This document shows positions 63,241 to 64,000 of a stretch of 64,000 nucleotides of DNA, in pieces; positions within the stretch are counted from its first letter, which is position 1, and the number at the start of each line of letters is the position of its first letter. Both the position numbers and the translations under genes were made by a program. A model generated the notes under the pieces. It was not told where the DNA came from. It made no database searches and saw nothing but the letters and a program-made list of their open reading frames with translations. This DNA comes from Treponemataceae bacterium (GTDB lineage: Bacteria; Spirochaetota; Spirochaetia; Treponematales; Rectinemataceae): assembly GCA_963678065.2 (NCBI GenBank), contig CAXXVZ010000003.1, positions 96,001 through 160,000 of the forward strand, written 5' to 3'.

Positions 63241-63473
63241 GGTTCCTCCTCGACGATCGAACCGGTGCAAAAAACCAGATGTACACCAGTGGTTCCAGAG
63301 ACAAGTATTAGTATGAACGCGATTTGAAATAAGTCAAGAATAAAATATCGATTAAAATGTATCTTTTTTGTAAATCAAGAAACTTGTGTTGGCATGGTAT
63401 TTATATAGATAAAAAAATACTCATGAAAATGCTCTTGCGAATATGTAGAAACTCAACAATACTGAATTTTGCC

Positions 63474-64000
63474 ATGGAAGGATCTGCCCCGAAATCCGTC
63501 CGGGACTCCGCATGCCCCAGGATTGCCCGCGAAAAGCTCAAATATACTTCGCCAGAGATAGACAGGATGGCCAAGCGGGTGAGGAAGATATTCGACTCGC
63601 TCGACAGGCGGAGTTTTCTCGGCAACCAGGATAGGGTGGACTTCCTGTATTTCGATAAGTTTTTCTCTGAATGTTTTCGCAAAATGGACGAGAAAATCCG
63701 GGATGGCAGGCTCGTGCCCCAGGATATGCGCGGATTTCCCCACATCTCCCGGTTTCCCGGCCACAAACCCAGAGTTGGCATTTTCATCGGCTCCTTCGAC
63801 CCTTTCCAGATGACCCATCTCGCGATGGCCCTCCGTTTTCTCGCCTCCGACAAGAGCGAGGCCGACATCGTCTACGTCGTCCCCGAGGGCAACTTCGATC
63901 CGCGCAAGCCGAGGAGGACGGATTACCGCTTCCGCTACGATCTCCTCGATGCGCAGCTCCACGGCGTCTTCGAGCCTTTTGTCCTTCCTTTCGACATAGG
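63474..64000 (+). CDS. Nucleotidyltransferase-like protein (NadD/cytidylyltransferase fold), runs off the window
   Basis: Hand-translated open frame from ATG 63474 containing RVGIFIGSFDPFQMTH. Confidence 0.65.
   Translation, partial: MEGSAPKSVRDSACPRIAREKLKYTSPEIDRMAKRVRKIFDSLDRRSFLGNQDRVDFLYFDKFFSECFRKMDEKIRDGRLVPQDMRGFPHISRFPGHKPRVGIFIGSFDPFQMTHLAMALRFLASDKSEADIVYVVPEGNFDPRKPRRTDYRFRYDLLDAQLHGVFEPFVLPFDI

Noticed and set aside
63241..63473. Rex operator upstream of the hydrogenase
   Set aside because: The region is AT-rich, but I found no convincing TTGTGAA-N4-TTCACAA match.

Overview
The window has two parts. (1) Bases ~950-29650 are a chromosomal integron. The integrase gene (956-2140) points the same way as its cassettes and attI lies at its 3' end, the arrangement known from Treponema, so a spirochaete host is inferred. 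There are 15 cassettes with long (~105-140 bp) attC sites, including an Avs4-like antiphage gene and other defence candidates. The attC sites are heavily parasitised. An IS110/IS1111-type element carries a bridge RNA whose guides can be read and match the attC L' box. An IS3 sits in an R'' box. RmInt1-like (class D, not class C) group II introns are inserted three times on the top strand at the same attC position. One of these is degenerate and brackets a WYL regulator, a GyrI-like gene and a truncated IS256. All 15 cassettes begin with an unexplained GTT-N5-GAC motif, usually followed by a small hairpin. (2) Bases ~29800-64000 are GC-rich core genome: groEL, RluA, a PIN protein, polB, parvulin, alanine aminotransferase, hflX, birA, glmS (its attTn7-containing 3' end is triplicated), a liv ABC operon, M20 peptidase, YfcC, a vWA lipoprotein, dnaE, MBL and HAD hydrolases, and a trimeric [FeFe]-hydrogenase with a HydB-GltD fusion. 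Family calls come from motif recognition by eye; no searches were run.
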